64,000 nucleotides of DNA from Trichoplax adhaerens. Its lineage: Eukaryota > Animalia > Placozoa. The notes beneath the pieces were generated by a model, which ran no database searches, was not told the DNA's origin, and saw only the letters and a list, made by a program, of their open reading frames with translations. Within the stretch, counting starts at the first letter, position 1. Each line of letters begins with the position of its first letter. The stretch covers positions 11,842,878 to 11,906,877 of the forward strand of contig NW_002060943.1 in the NCBI RefSeq assembly GCF_000150275.1, read 5' to 3'. The position numbers were made by a program, and so were the translations under genes. This document shows, in pieces, positions 51,060-63,884 of this stretch.

Positions 51060-52190
51060 CTACTGATTATATCCTATAGTTGCTATTTTCTACCAACTGT
51101 AAATAGCGATTCCCAATGTTACTACCATCTCCATTCACAGCGTTACGACGATTAAAAGCAGAAAAGTTGAGTAATTTAGTACAGCGATTTTTGCATGATA
51201 GACGTTTATTTCAACCTTTACCCTTCAAAAATTATAACCAATAGGCATTCAATAGCAAGTTGTAAACACTTGAAATGTTCTAGATGCAATCGTGAACATA
51301 ATGACCATAGTTACTCAATACTTTTACTAGTGATTGCATTCTATAACTGCTATGACGATATCAAGTAGAAGAGTTGACTAATTTATTATAAAGATTTTTG
51401 CATGATTAGCGATTTATATCTATCTTTGCCCATCAAAAATTGCAAACCAATATACTGTATATTCAATACCAAGTTGTAAACACTCGAAGTGTTTTAAGCG
51501 CAATCATGAGCATGATGACCACAACTACTCAATACTTCCACTATTGATTGCATCTTATAGTTACTATGAGATTACAAGCAGAGGAATTGCGTAATTTATT
51601 ACGTTCTAAAGATTTTTGCATGATAGGCATTTATTTCAATCTGTACCGATCAAAAATTGCAAACCAATGTGCACAATAACAAGTAGGATATACTCGAAAT
51701 ATTCTAAACGCCATCATGAACATGGTAACCAGCTAATCTATACTTTTACTATGGATTGCATCCTATACAGTAGTTGCTATTTTCTACTAACTTTAAACAG
51801 CGATTCTCAAGATTACTATCATCTGCATTCGTAGAGTTTTAACAATTACAAGCTAAAGAGTTGAATAATTTAGTACGAAGATTTTTGCACGATTGGCGTC
51901 TATTTCAACCTGTTCTGATCAAAAATTGCAAACCAATATGCATTCAATAGCAAGTTGGATACACTCGAAATGTTCTAAACGCCACCATGAACATGATGAC
52001 CATCGCTACTTATTACTTTCGCTACTGATTACATCCTATCATTACTATTTTCTAAAAACTTTAAATCATGATTCTTAAAATGCTGTTATTAGCACCCATA
52101 GTCACAGGTTCATGAACATTACACGTAGAAGAGTGAAATAATTGACTAAGGGGTTTTTTTCTGGTAGGCGTTTTCAATCTGGTATAATTG
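51060..52190. repeat. Old degenerate tandem array, about 4-5 copies of a 205-275-bp unit
   Basis: gatttttgca(t/c)gat..tttcaa..caaaaattgcaaaccaat..caagttg..acactcgaaatgttcta..catgatgacca recurs near 51187, 51393, 51611 and 51880, with a remnant near 52152. Confidence 0.85.
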
Positions 52191-52541
52191 TAGTTAGACA
52201 ATAGAAACATTTAAAATTCTTGCTTATAAATATGTTAATGCATAGAAACTATTAAAGGATTTCGTCATGTGTATTATATCCTATAGCCTAAATCGTTGTA
52301 TGAGGAGTTTCACTACCAGTCCCCTCAGGTAAAATCTACAGAACCCTTCAAAATCTTACTACATTAATCAATCAGTCCCAATAGTAAATAGTGAGAATAG
52401 AGCATCAAAACATGAACAACAACAATCAAACCATTTATTAAAAATTGCTAATCCAATAGAGGAAAAATACAAGCAAGTACGAGTTAATTAGTGAGTTACC
52501 AATTGGATAAATCCTTGGAGAGAATATTAACCCAGGATAAC

Positions 52542-55500
52542 ATGAGCGATTCCGCTCACTCTTTGAGCAACGATCAGGAAGAATATCAGTTTGTCCGTGT
52601 ACTCGGTCGAGGAGCTTTTGGCGAAGCAGCACTATATAGAAAAGCGGAAGTAAGGACTAAGTAGTCAATTCTAGAATATCGCTATTACTCCTATCGTTGT
52701 ACCAGAAATATCTACAATCGATTGAAACGATAATTGCTACTGGTATAATATGGGATCAAGAAACAGATGAAATTTAACGCGGAAATAGCGATAAAATGTC
52801 ATTTATTTGAATTGATCGATTATGTCATAACTTTTACGATTCTAAGCAAATTTTGAAAATTGAACTTAATTCAATCTTGGATACATTATCGATATGCTTA
52901 CTTTGAGAGTTATAGACTACAGCCCTACATATAATCTTGTATATTTTCTGTACGCCTTTTTAAAAGTTTAATAGGATACGAACTACTGTATTCGCGAGAT
53001 ACTTGTGTTATTATTACTATCAGTAGTAGAGTCCTCAGTCGTTGGAAATGGTCAGTATTGATAGTCAACATGGTCAATCTGTCCTATTTCACTATCCATC
53101 CTGTTGAATTATGATTCAAATCTTTAAATCGCAATGCTAATTTTACTCTAGTTGTAATTCACAACGAGATTTTCACTATCATGATCTTAGTCAAAGTCTT
53201 ACTGCCTTAAAATATCTTCCATACGCCCGTAGTAGAATAAAAATCTGCTCGACTATGCATGATTAGAAATAACTGGCAATACTAACACACTAAAATCATA
53301 ATTCTAAATGCCAGAAATAACCTAATTGCAATGGATAATTAATTAATCAAAATCTTGTCCTCAATAATATCAACCCTTTCGTCCGGTTGGATTAGATTGT
53401 TTTATTGAAATACAGTTTACGCAAATGGGCCTTTCCATAGTGGTAATTTTAGTCTTAAGCAAGGGATCAGATCGCTAACGTCGAATATGGATAACATCCT
53501 TGCGTAAATGAACCTTTCCATAGTGACAGTTTTAGTGTTAAGGAAGCGATCAGACCGCTTACATCGAATATGGACAACATACTTTTACGCTAATTTAATA
53601 GATTAGCTAATGAAACAATGTCTAAATGGACATACATCTCCATAACCTTACTAAGCGTGCAAAACTTACATCCACATTCAGTAAAACTGCATTGTTCAGC
53701 GATCTAGAAGTATGTGGCCAACCATAAATTAGTGTTATAACAGAGATTACTGACTCTTCGATAATAATCCATAACTGCAAATAAAAATAAAAACTAGGTG
53801 TAAACTGTATAAGAAAATATCTAGCTTTATATCCAGTCAAAAGCACTAATAACTCAACTTCAGTGAATATTTCAATTAGCCATCATTATTTCCTGACTTT
53901 GACCATAAACATAAATGCTACGTTACAAGTATATAAATCTATCGATGTGTATGTATATCCAGCTATAGTTAGAGTTCTATTTACAGTTAGTAAAATCCAG
54001 TTAGTGCCATCAACTCAATACAGCTGCTTGCTAGCGAAAGTCGAAGATAAATATCATCACAATATCATCCTGTAGTACCTCTGCTATAATGTTTTACTAC
54101 AAATTGCAAATTGTCGCAGTCTTAATAGTAGACTAATCAGAAGTTCAAAATAAATCTTATGTAAAGCTACTTCATATTTTTAAATCCAGTTATTGGTACA
54201 AAGTAGCAACTAAGTGAAAGATCATTTATTCTAGAGTTAGAAGTAAAAGATTAAGCTCTTTTACTGCATCCTGTTTTGCCTACTATATTATAGTAGAAAA
54301 TGAGAATGGAATTTTTCAATTCGGATCTCATGAATATTTTAGGGATTCAATGTAACGCTGTAAAAATTAATTTAATTGGCCGATGAGTAGCAGCTATAAT
54401 CATAAATTGATTCTGTTATTGTTATAGTCCTTCGAGCTAATAATTTATAGCATAAATTGATCAATTTTGCTCAATATTAGGATAATTCGCTAGTTGTGTG
54501 GAAGGAAATTAATTTACACAGATCGAGTAAAAATGTTGAAGATAGCGCACTCCATGAGATCGAGATTTTATCTCTATTAAATCATGACAATATTGTGACT
54601 TATTACAACCACTATATTGATGACGAATCTCTCTTTATCGAAATGGAATATGCTAATGGTGAGTAAATAGTCGTTAGATTGTTTAAATTTGCAAAGACAG
54701 TCACTTTCATGACATCATGTTATCATCTATTATATTTTAAGACTAGACTGATTCTGCTAACAAATAGTTTTAGAGTTGAGAACAACCTTTTTTACTCATT
54801 ATTCAGGGGGAACATTGCATGATAAAATCAGAATTCAAGAAAGTGGTCAACTCTTAGATGAAGAAGTACTTTTATTTAAAGTTTAAATCATCATGATACT
54901 TTCAATTCAGTAATTTAATCTTATAAAATTTAGCTATTACCTTAAGTGATTATCTATCCAATCTCTCTACTTGTGGCTACATTTTAATCTTGCATTTATT
55001 TAAAGTCGTGATTTGGTAATAACCTATTGTAGGTTGTTTTATGGTATTTCTATCAGCTGGTTTCTGCTGTAGCTCATATTCACGATTTTGACGTTATACA
55101 CAGGTTTGAGCCAGAATAACATCCTTAATATATATGTGATATGTTTATATGCATTTGTGTACTATCAAATCTTCTAATTATTATGATGCTTTTTCCGCCT
55201 TATAATATAAATTAGTAGTAAAATACATTGCAATTACTCGGTATATTGAGAGTTTAAACTTTACTCTATAATGATTCTGTAGCATCAGGGATGCCAAGAT
55301 CTCCATAAAATAAGCAATAGAATACATTACAGCACCCAATTTGTTAGCAGTAATGGATTTTATTTCTTTTGCTCTTTTCGTCTGATCAGAAATGTTAAGA
55401 CCTGTATATAAGTAGCATAGAGATAATATATAATGTACCCCTTCATCATTTCGCAATCGCTAGAAATAATAAAATCGATATAATTTAGTTTCTAGCACTT

Positions 55501-58500
55501 GATTTATTAATAAAGAATCAAAGATTCTTCGAATGAGTTTAGTGATCAAGTATTACAAGGTATTTTTTAACTAAATTCAAAATTATAACAATTAAAGAGT
55601 AACTTTGCAGTAATATATTACATATGCACTAGCAAAGATACTTATATTTTTGTATCATTTTGTAATTGCTAGCGATAGTAAATCCTTTGATATTTAAGAA
55701 CAAAATTTTTTAATACTAACTTATTAATTATGACGGAGGTTTATTTCTTCAATCACTTTGTAATAGGGATATCAAGACCTTGAATATCTTTCTGACAAAA
55801 TCAGAAATTGTTAAATTAGGAGATTTTGGTATATCTAAAGTTTTAGATGGCGAGAATCGGTTAGCAACTTCTGTAAGTATAATACCCACGAAACATAAAA
55901 TAAATGACTATTTACCTTCGGTCTTGTTATTAATCAGCTATCTACGCCACAAAAATGAACAAATTCATTACTCTACCGTTTGTAAGGTTCATAAAGGTCT
56001 TTTAATGTTGCCATTATTAGATTGTTGGAACCCCTTATTATATGTCGCCAGAATTAGTCAGAGGAGAGCCGTAAGTAAAATTAGTAATTATAACAAGTTA
56101 TGATTGTAATATTCTCAAAGACCAATTTTTATAACAATATATTAATAATCAATAATATGCGTATATATATATAATCAATGCTTATACTTATTTCAATCCA
56201 TTATGATATATTACAATTTTTGTTTCAAAGTTGATTACAATTTGTCTTAGCAATCAATCGTACATATACGATCAGAAATACGATACTTAGATCATTTAGC
56301 CGATATTAACATATCCATTTGGATTAATATGTGATTAGTATGCAAATGGACATGTATTTTAAAACTGATTATGACTTATCTTGGCTATGAACTCAACAGA
56401 TACGACCTGAAAAGTGATATTTGGGCCGTTGGATGTGTCTTATACGAACTTTTAACTTTATCGAAGACATTTAATGCCACGGTAACAAAATTACCCTTTA
56501 CAAATTGTGAAATATAAGGCCAATATTCTCCACTATATTAGATTCTTACATGGATAATCATTAAACTTTCTGAGTTGTGTTAGAACTGTATAACAGATGA
56601 AATACCATTTCTAAATTTCTCAACACCGTTAGACTTTTATTATCGCTGCTTCTTCATTGTCTTAAACTATCTTTGCATATACATAGAATCAATTAAGACT
56701 TGCGGCTGAAATTGTCCGAGGAGAAATAAAAGACATTAACGAAAAGGTTAAGCCAATCATTCAAGGCCTCTACTCAATATGAGAATGGCAAAATTATGAT
56801 AATACTAATAGTTTTCAATTTTAACTTTTTCTAGTATTCTGAAGAGATAACCGAATTAATTCATCTCTTACTACACAAAGTAAGTAACATTTTAATAAGA
56901 TCTTAGCTGCCACGATTTGTTTTAAAACTTTACCTAAATATAGTATTCATGAGCCTTATTCGTAAATATATACAGTGACAGTATACTCTAATGCAGGATG
57001 ATTAGATTCATTATTTTGAGTAAGGTAGCTAATTAAAAGGGATACAATGTTCTAGGATCCTAATCAACGCCCATCAATGATGGAAACGCTTAAAAATCCT
57101 TTATTGTCATCAAGAAGAGAGTAGGATGATGATTGCCTTGCAGAATGTTAAATATTGGTGTTAACTGCAGTTTCTAAGCTACTATTATTATCATTACATC
57201 TTAAAATTACCGATATTTCTACCCTTTTAAAACATATTGTCGTTGCTTATAGATTATACGATCAAAAAATAAACAGTTTGCAGTCTTCCAAAATACCACG
57301 GTAACAAATAACAAATATAATCAAAACTAATACCGTTAGCAATTGTTAGTTAATCCTAGCATCATATTGCGATTTCTAATTGCTGATATTTTAGTATTTT
57401 GATCAGAAATTTTTGGACTAAATTACATTTTTTTACTCAGGGTGCCATCGAATTCCGGTGCTACTGAGCCAGTACCAGTAGTTATATCAACGGAAAGCGA
57501 CGTAAAATAATATTTTTTTTTAACTCTAAATCAATCGTTTAACATTAAAGTTCTAACCCTACTCGATTCTATAAGAAGCTTTTAATAAATCTTAGCGGCT
57601 ACATACTCAGTAATAGTATATGTATCAGTAGTCTATTTACTCTGATTGAATCGTTTTGTAGGTCTATTACTGGGGAGGTGGAAAATTTACACCACAAAAA
57701 TTAAACATCTTCAAGGGCGAAGACCGTGCTACACAGGTTAATCCGCTTAGATCTTCATATCTTACTGATCCAATTCTTCAAGCAGTAACCGTTGATACTA
57801 TTTCTATTCCCTAACCATGTCAAAATAAAATGTAGCATATTTAACAAGGTTTACATATGTTACGAATAAGATCATTTGGACGCAATACTTACAAATACAA
57901 GTACATCATGTAATTTCATCATAAAGCTTAAAATATCATCTTGAATCATTTATATTTTAGGTATCTGCTGGCAAGACACATTACGCTGTTGTTACAGTTG
58001 AGAAAGGCGTTTTTACCTGGGCTGTATGTAAAATGATGATATTCATAATAATATAATTGTAATATTTGAATATCTATCCGTATTGATTCAGTTATCATAG
58101 CCTAAATTTATATGATGATGCCATTACAGAACACACAAGGTGGCCAACAAATGGCTGGCCAACTGGGCCATTCCGATAAAGCATCTTACCGGGTTCCGAA
58201 GCGTGTTGAAATCTTTCATAACGAAGTCATTAAACAAGCAGTTTGCGGTGATGAATTTACTCTCTTTCTTTCAGGTATTTTCTTTAATGATTTCATCCCA
58301 TAAAGTAAGGACACTCTAACTTCCATTCCACCTACTTATAAAGATGCTAAAATGTTGTACCGTATTGATGCAAATAGACAATGGCGCCCTATATTCGTGT
58401 GGCTCAAATTATTATGGCTGTTTGGGGCTTGAAGAAAATGAAGAAAACGAAGAAGACGATGATGGTTATGTTCTATCTCCAACAGCTATTGAGCTATTTA

Positions 58501-61500
58501 GCAATATAAAAATATCTCAAATTACTTGTGGAGAAAGTCATGTCTTAGCCTTAACAGGTACATTCTTATTTTTAAAATGGATGATCAATGCTGAAAATAG
58601 CTAAATTGCTAACAGTTTGATATTATTAACTCTTTTTAAAGATGATAAGGAGGTTTATAGCTGGGGCTGCGGAGAATTCGGTGAGTGCATTTCTTTGCGA
58701 TCTATTGCTTAGCTTAATGATATAATTGATAGTATTATATGACAATACTGATCGTTCGATTAACAGTTAAATTCATTTTATTCCTCAACTTAAATGTTTC
58801 TGGTTAACATTTCAGGTCGTCTTGGCCTTGGTTCTGAAGACGATTACTTTTCTCCACAAAAGGTAAAGATAAATCAAGTTTGCCTGTTCTATTTCTGGTT
58901 AAGTAATAACGGTAATAATATAATCTATTTCTATTAGCTACAAATTGCAAGTGCAGGCAAAGGATTAATAAAATCAGTCCACTGTGGCTCGGATTTTTCC
59001 TTTCTTTTAACAATTTCTGGTCGAGTAATAGCTTTCGGAAATAATGAGCATAACCAATTAGGCCTTAATTCAACTAAGAATACAATTACGAGAAATAAAC
59101 CCCGAGTACGTAATTATTTTAATGGATCGAAATTTAATAATATTCTTAATTTACTGTTAAGCTTGATCCTATTAGATCATTTTTAAAAGTTCGAGCTTAG
59201 ATCGACTAATAAAATTTGATTTTGATAGCCTAAATCGCGACTAGATGGTTGTTATTGCTTTTTAATCATACAAGAGCTAGAACATCCTCTTCGTCTAGCA
59301 TTGCTTATTATATAGAATTAATAGCGTTTCTCTATTCTTCTTTAGCATACCTCAACATTGCATTGCAGCCTTACTCCCATGGCGGTGCGCGCTCTTAATA
59401 GGTGCTATGGAGTTTTATTTGACTAAAAGAGAACACTTTGAAATATCTCTATACGAAGATCTTGTTCATTTTATGTGGTTATAGATACAAATTAAGCAGT
59501 TCTGATTTTCTATATTACCTACAGATACGACATTAATTATATCGCCGCTGGACAATCACATGCGGCTTTAATTGATAGTAAGTTAATTGATTTAGCTAAA
59601 CGAGATAAATGACCAAAAATAGAATACCAATATAATTTTTAGTATATGCTTCACTTTGTATGAGTGTTAAGAACATAGCTGCTAGATTCTATTGATTACA
59701 TTCAATTTAAATTTGGTTATTAGTATCAGAAGACTTGCGAATTTCCACAGTAGATCATTTCTAAATCACTTCTGAGTTAGTTTAGGTGCTAATTTTAATT
59801 TGAAACTAAAGTAGCAGATTTGATCCATTAGCAGGCATATTCAAGGAACAACAATATTAAGTATTTGTTAAACCAGAATTTTAGCGATATAAACCCAGTA
59901 AATAACGTATACAGGTAGAATGATAGAGACAAACAGAATCATTACTGAATCGGCCAGAATGTACAGTAGATATACCTAGTATTAACATGAGTAACTACGC
60001 TACATTTGATGACAGTTGTTATTTCGGTAGAAAAATGGTTGAATGTCAATTCGGCAATTCCTGGTAGTAATATTTTAAGAGTTATCACTAGCTCCTAGAT
60101 TGTTCTCACAAAATGCTGTAGAAAGGTAAGCCAAGTAAAGTGGATTGAGATTGCTTTATTTTTTGTATCCTTTCTAGAATTTGGCCGTCTAATTACCATG
60201 GGTTCTAACAAATGTGGGGAAAGAGGAATCGGAAATTTTAAACAAACTATAAATCCAACTATTGTTTCAGGAGTATTAAGTGGTAAAATCGTTCATAAGG
60301 TAGCCTGCGGTGATTCTTTTACCGTCATCGCTACAACAGGTATAAATGATCACCAACATGATCGATACTTTCAACTGATTAACAATTTTTTCGCCAGTCT
60401 AATGAACTAATGTCGTTGCCTTATTGCTGTAGGAAATCAATTGTATTCTTGTGGCTGGGCAGAAGATGGCAGGCTAGGCATTATATTACCTCCATCAGAG
60501 AAAGGAGTCAATAACGGATGGACTCATCCTAGACCGATATTTGGATCACTTCATCACGTATCGAGCTTAAGCTGTAATTACTGGCATACTATTGTTGTTG
60601 CAGGTTAGATTTATCTTTTACTATTTTAGTTTTAAAAACTAAATAATATAATGATTTACGTGGGCCTTATAACGATTTCATTAAGGTAGATCTTCATGTT
60701 GATGTAGTATTTATACCAGTCACACGATCATTTCATTCGTGAATTCTTTTCCAATGTAGAAAAAGTATTAAATACTCGTAAAGTAGCTAAAGGAGCTAAC
60801 CATTCCACCTCATCAGATGCTGAAGATATAAGTATGTAAAGCATGTAAAAGAAAATTTTAATCTCATCGAATGTAACATTTTTAAGATATATAGGATATA
60901 TTCATTTTCTCTTTGTATGTATATGTAATATTAAATAATATCGCAATCTTTCAATACTATGATTTTCGGGCGAAAGAAATAAATCGAACGATACTTCTCG
61001 AATGTAATATTTTATTAATGTCATCTCACATAGTTCAATAATAGCGTAGGCTATTGTAGTCTTTCAGAGTATAATTCTAACATGAAAGCATGATGAAGCT
61101 ATAATAACTAATTTTAAGCCATATGAGCACATTATAAATAAAATTCCATCGGTTTTCTTCATGTTTAGAGAAATAATGTAATCGATGTATTATATATAAT
61201 TTCAATTAACTACTTTTTTTCAGTTACATTGTTGGCGGAGCAAAGTTTAGAAGATCCAAGTTTATTATTAGGTACCAGCAATAGTGATAATAGATCCTCA
61301 GCAGGTATACGTTCGGATTCCGGAATCCCAAGTAGTGACATGATTGATATCACTAATGATCGCTTACAAGATGATCGCAAAAAGGTAGGAGTACTACAAA
61401 TTATAGTTGTTTCACATACTTGCTGATGCATAACAATTTAATAAATTTGCTAATGGATTTATCAAAATGTAATAGGTTAAATTGCATGGTGAAAATAGTA

Positions 61501-62397
61501 TTCCAAAATTAGCATTGGGCTCACAATCAGCTTCAAATTCCCGATCCAAAGTCCCTGATTGGTTACGTAACGTAAGTTGTCGTCTTATAATTAAAACTGA
61601 TCATATACATAGATCTTTATTTTATATAATATATCTTTATTACATTTGATAAAATGTTGAAATATTGCCGATTTTAGGAATTAGATAATGGAGAGCATAT
61701 ACCTATCGTGCCTAAAAGTGATAGAAATACTAGAACAACCCTTGATACATCTTTACCAGATTCATCAGATGGGTAATCTAATTATTAAATACTGCAATAT
61801 TACTACTAACATTAAGTTATGAATAGGATAATAATTTACTTTTGATGATGTTTGCGTTAGTTTCGAGTTCTCGACCGACGATCAAAATTTCGATTTGGTA
61901 AGAATAATATTATTGTACTATTTATAGTAGGCATACACGTATAAAGTCTATGTTGCACAGCTTTATATTAAAGATAGCTACTGCTATTTCTTTTTTGTTG
62001 AATATTATTTATTTAGAGTGCAACTGATTATACCAATGCATCACGTAGCCACGGAATGGATTATGGAACGATTGATATAGATAAATTAATAGCAGGTATC
62101 ATCATCGAAATACAGTTTAACTGGCTTTTCTAAGATAATAACTTATCTGTCTTTACCTTTAGAAGAATCCACGGATCAAATTAAAGGAATTGTAGAATTA
62201 TTATTATCGAGAATAAATCAGCTAGAAGAAGATAATGAAAATGTAAGGAAATACTGATTCATTCCTTAATAATATTATGTTATTATTATTAATAATCTCG
62301 CCAAAAACTGAATTTTTTTTGTTTGATTTAGTTAAAGAAAACCGTGGCTGCGAAAGATGTTAAAATAGCAGCTTTATTAGCTATGTTAGACGATTAG
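52542..62397 (+). CDS. NEK9: NIMA-related kinase 9 (kinase + RCC1 propeller + coiled coil)
   Basis: [18 protein letters not shown]|[12 protein letters not shown] (NEK9-type VVWKE), [26 protein letters not shown]; RCC1 repeats ([43 protein letters not shown]); C-terminal [15 protein letters not shown] and coiled coil; stop TAG 62395-62397. Confidence 0.94.
53430..53585. repeat. Diverged 83-bp tandem duplication in NEK9 intron 1
   Basis: cctttccatagtg..gatcaga..tcgaatatgga(t/c)aacat at 53430 and 53513. Confidence 0.85.
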
Positions 62398-63884
62398 CCC
62401 ATACTATAAGATAGGTAAAATTTTATGGATAGAAATCATGGCATACGTTTTACCAGATTGTAAAAAAATTAAGTAATTTAACGAGTTTGCGATTGATAAA
62501 TAAAATGAAAATTTATCAGATATAGTTATATCCTCCATATTTCGCGACAAGTACAGTAGTTGTAATTTACATCACATTTTTCATACACTATTTAGACACA
62601 TCGTCGTTCACGACATTATAGCATTCTGATGAATGCTATAAATCTTAACTATTGCATATACTGTACGATCATTAATAAGAGATGCTTTAGTTTATTGGAT
62701 TGCTGCAATTGATATTTTTTGAATTAGAATTATTATTCAGTTTAAGGTAAACTTGCACATAGAATAAATTGCACTCAAAACTATCAAATAAAACTTTTGG
62801 TCAAATCTGAATTGTCACAATGTTATTTGATATATAACCTGATAGGCAAATAATCTTAATCAGTAACCTTTTAATTATGATTTTTTAACATTTGCATTAA
62901 CTGATCTATTATTTAGGACAATTTTTAAAGCCTGTTTCTGCTTTATACATATCCATTCTGTTACAATTTGAAGTAAAATCGCTTAAGTGAGATTGAAGGA
63001 AGTAAATATTTATCTCAGGAATGATACAAATTCTACGTTAACTGATTGTGGACTTAATCACTAAATCATCAAACTGAATATGAAACTTATCCAAGGCATA
63101 TTAGGCTTCAATCTTAAGCTGTAGCCTACGCAAAGCTGTATAAGACAATATCTACAATATCCATCATATTCGTATGTGTAGTTATGAATGTGATGGGAAG
63201 TGATCTGCTTAAAGGTCTCAATTAGCTTATGATTCGAATACCGTAATAAATCGATTACAAGTAGTTTCTAGAAATTTTCACTGTTCTCAAATCATGTCGA
63301 TTTATTGTCGATAACCGGTACATACGGTAGTACATTGAAAACAAATGATTATTTAGGCCACTTTAAGCACTAATTCTCGATTGTAACCTTAGCTAAATGG
63401 ATAAAGATGAAACATTTTATTTCACCGTTTCTATTACAATATAACTATATTTATTACAATGATTGGAGGAAATCTTCTATTAGTAGTCATAGGCTTGTTT
63501 TAAGATCAATATTAGAATGATACAGCCTACTACAATGAATGTTAAAGCTGGTTGAAAAGTTTTACCTTATACATTTATGTTTTTCATATGTATGTACACT
63601 ATTAATACGTCTATGAATATATATATATATATGTTGCGGACAAGGTCCAAAATTATATTTAAATATATATGAGTAAAGATATTTATCTCTATGACAATGT
63701 CTTGAACCAAGATAAAGTTAAATAGATTACCTAATAAAATAAAATAATATAAATCGATAAAATTTCAAGGGTGTTCTTTAATCTTTTGAGCTTGAAGGAT
63801 AGCAAAAATCAAATTTTATAGTAAACATTTCTGGATATACCGTAAGCATTTATTGCGTCTCATCCCAACACGATTGCTTGTGGG

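Noticed and set aside
51990-52030. C/D snoRNA boxes (ATGATGA...CTGA) in the degenerate array
   Set aside because: Spacing is too short and the boxes are not conserved across units.
55181-55456. 91-aa antisense ORF in a NEK9 intron
   Set aside because: Non-ATG start, no recognisable domain and no convincing exon structure.
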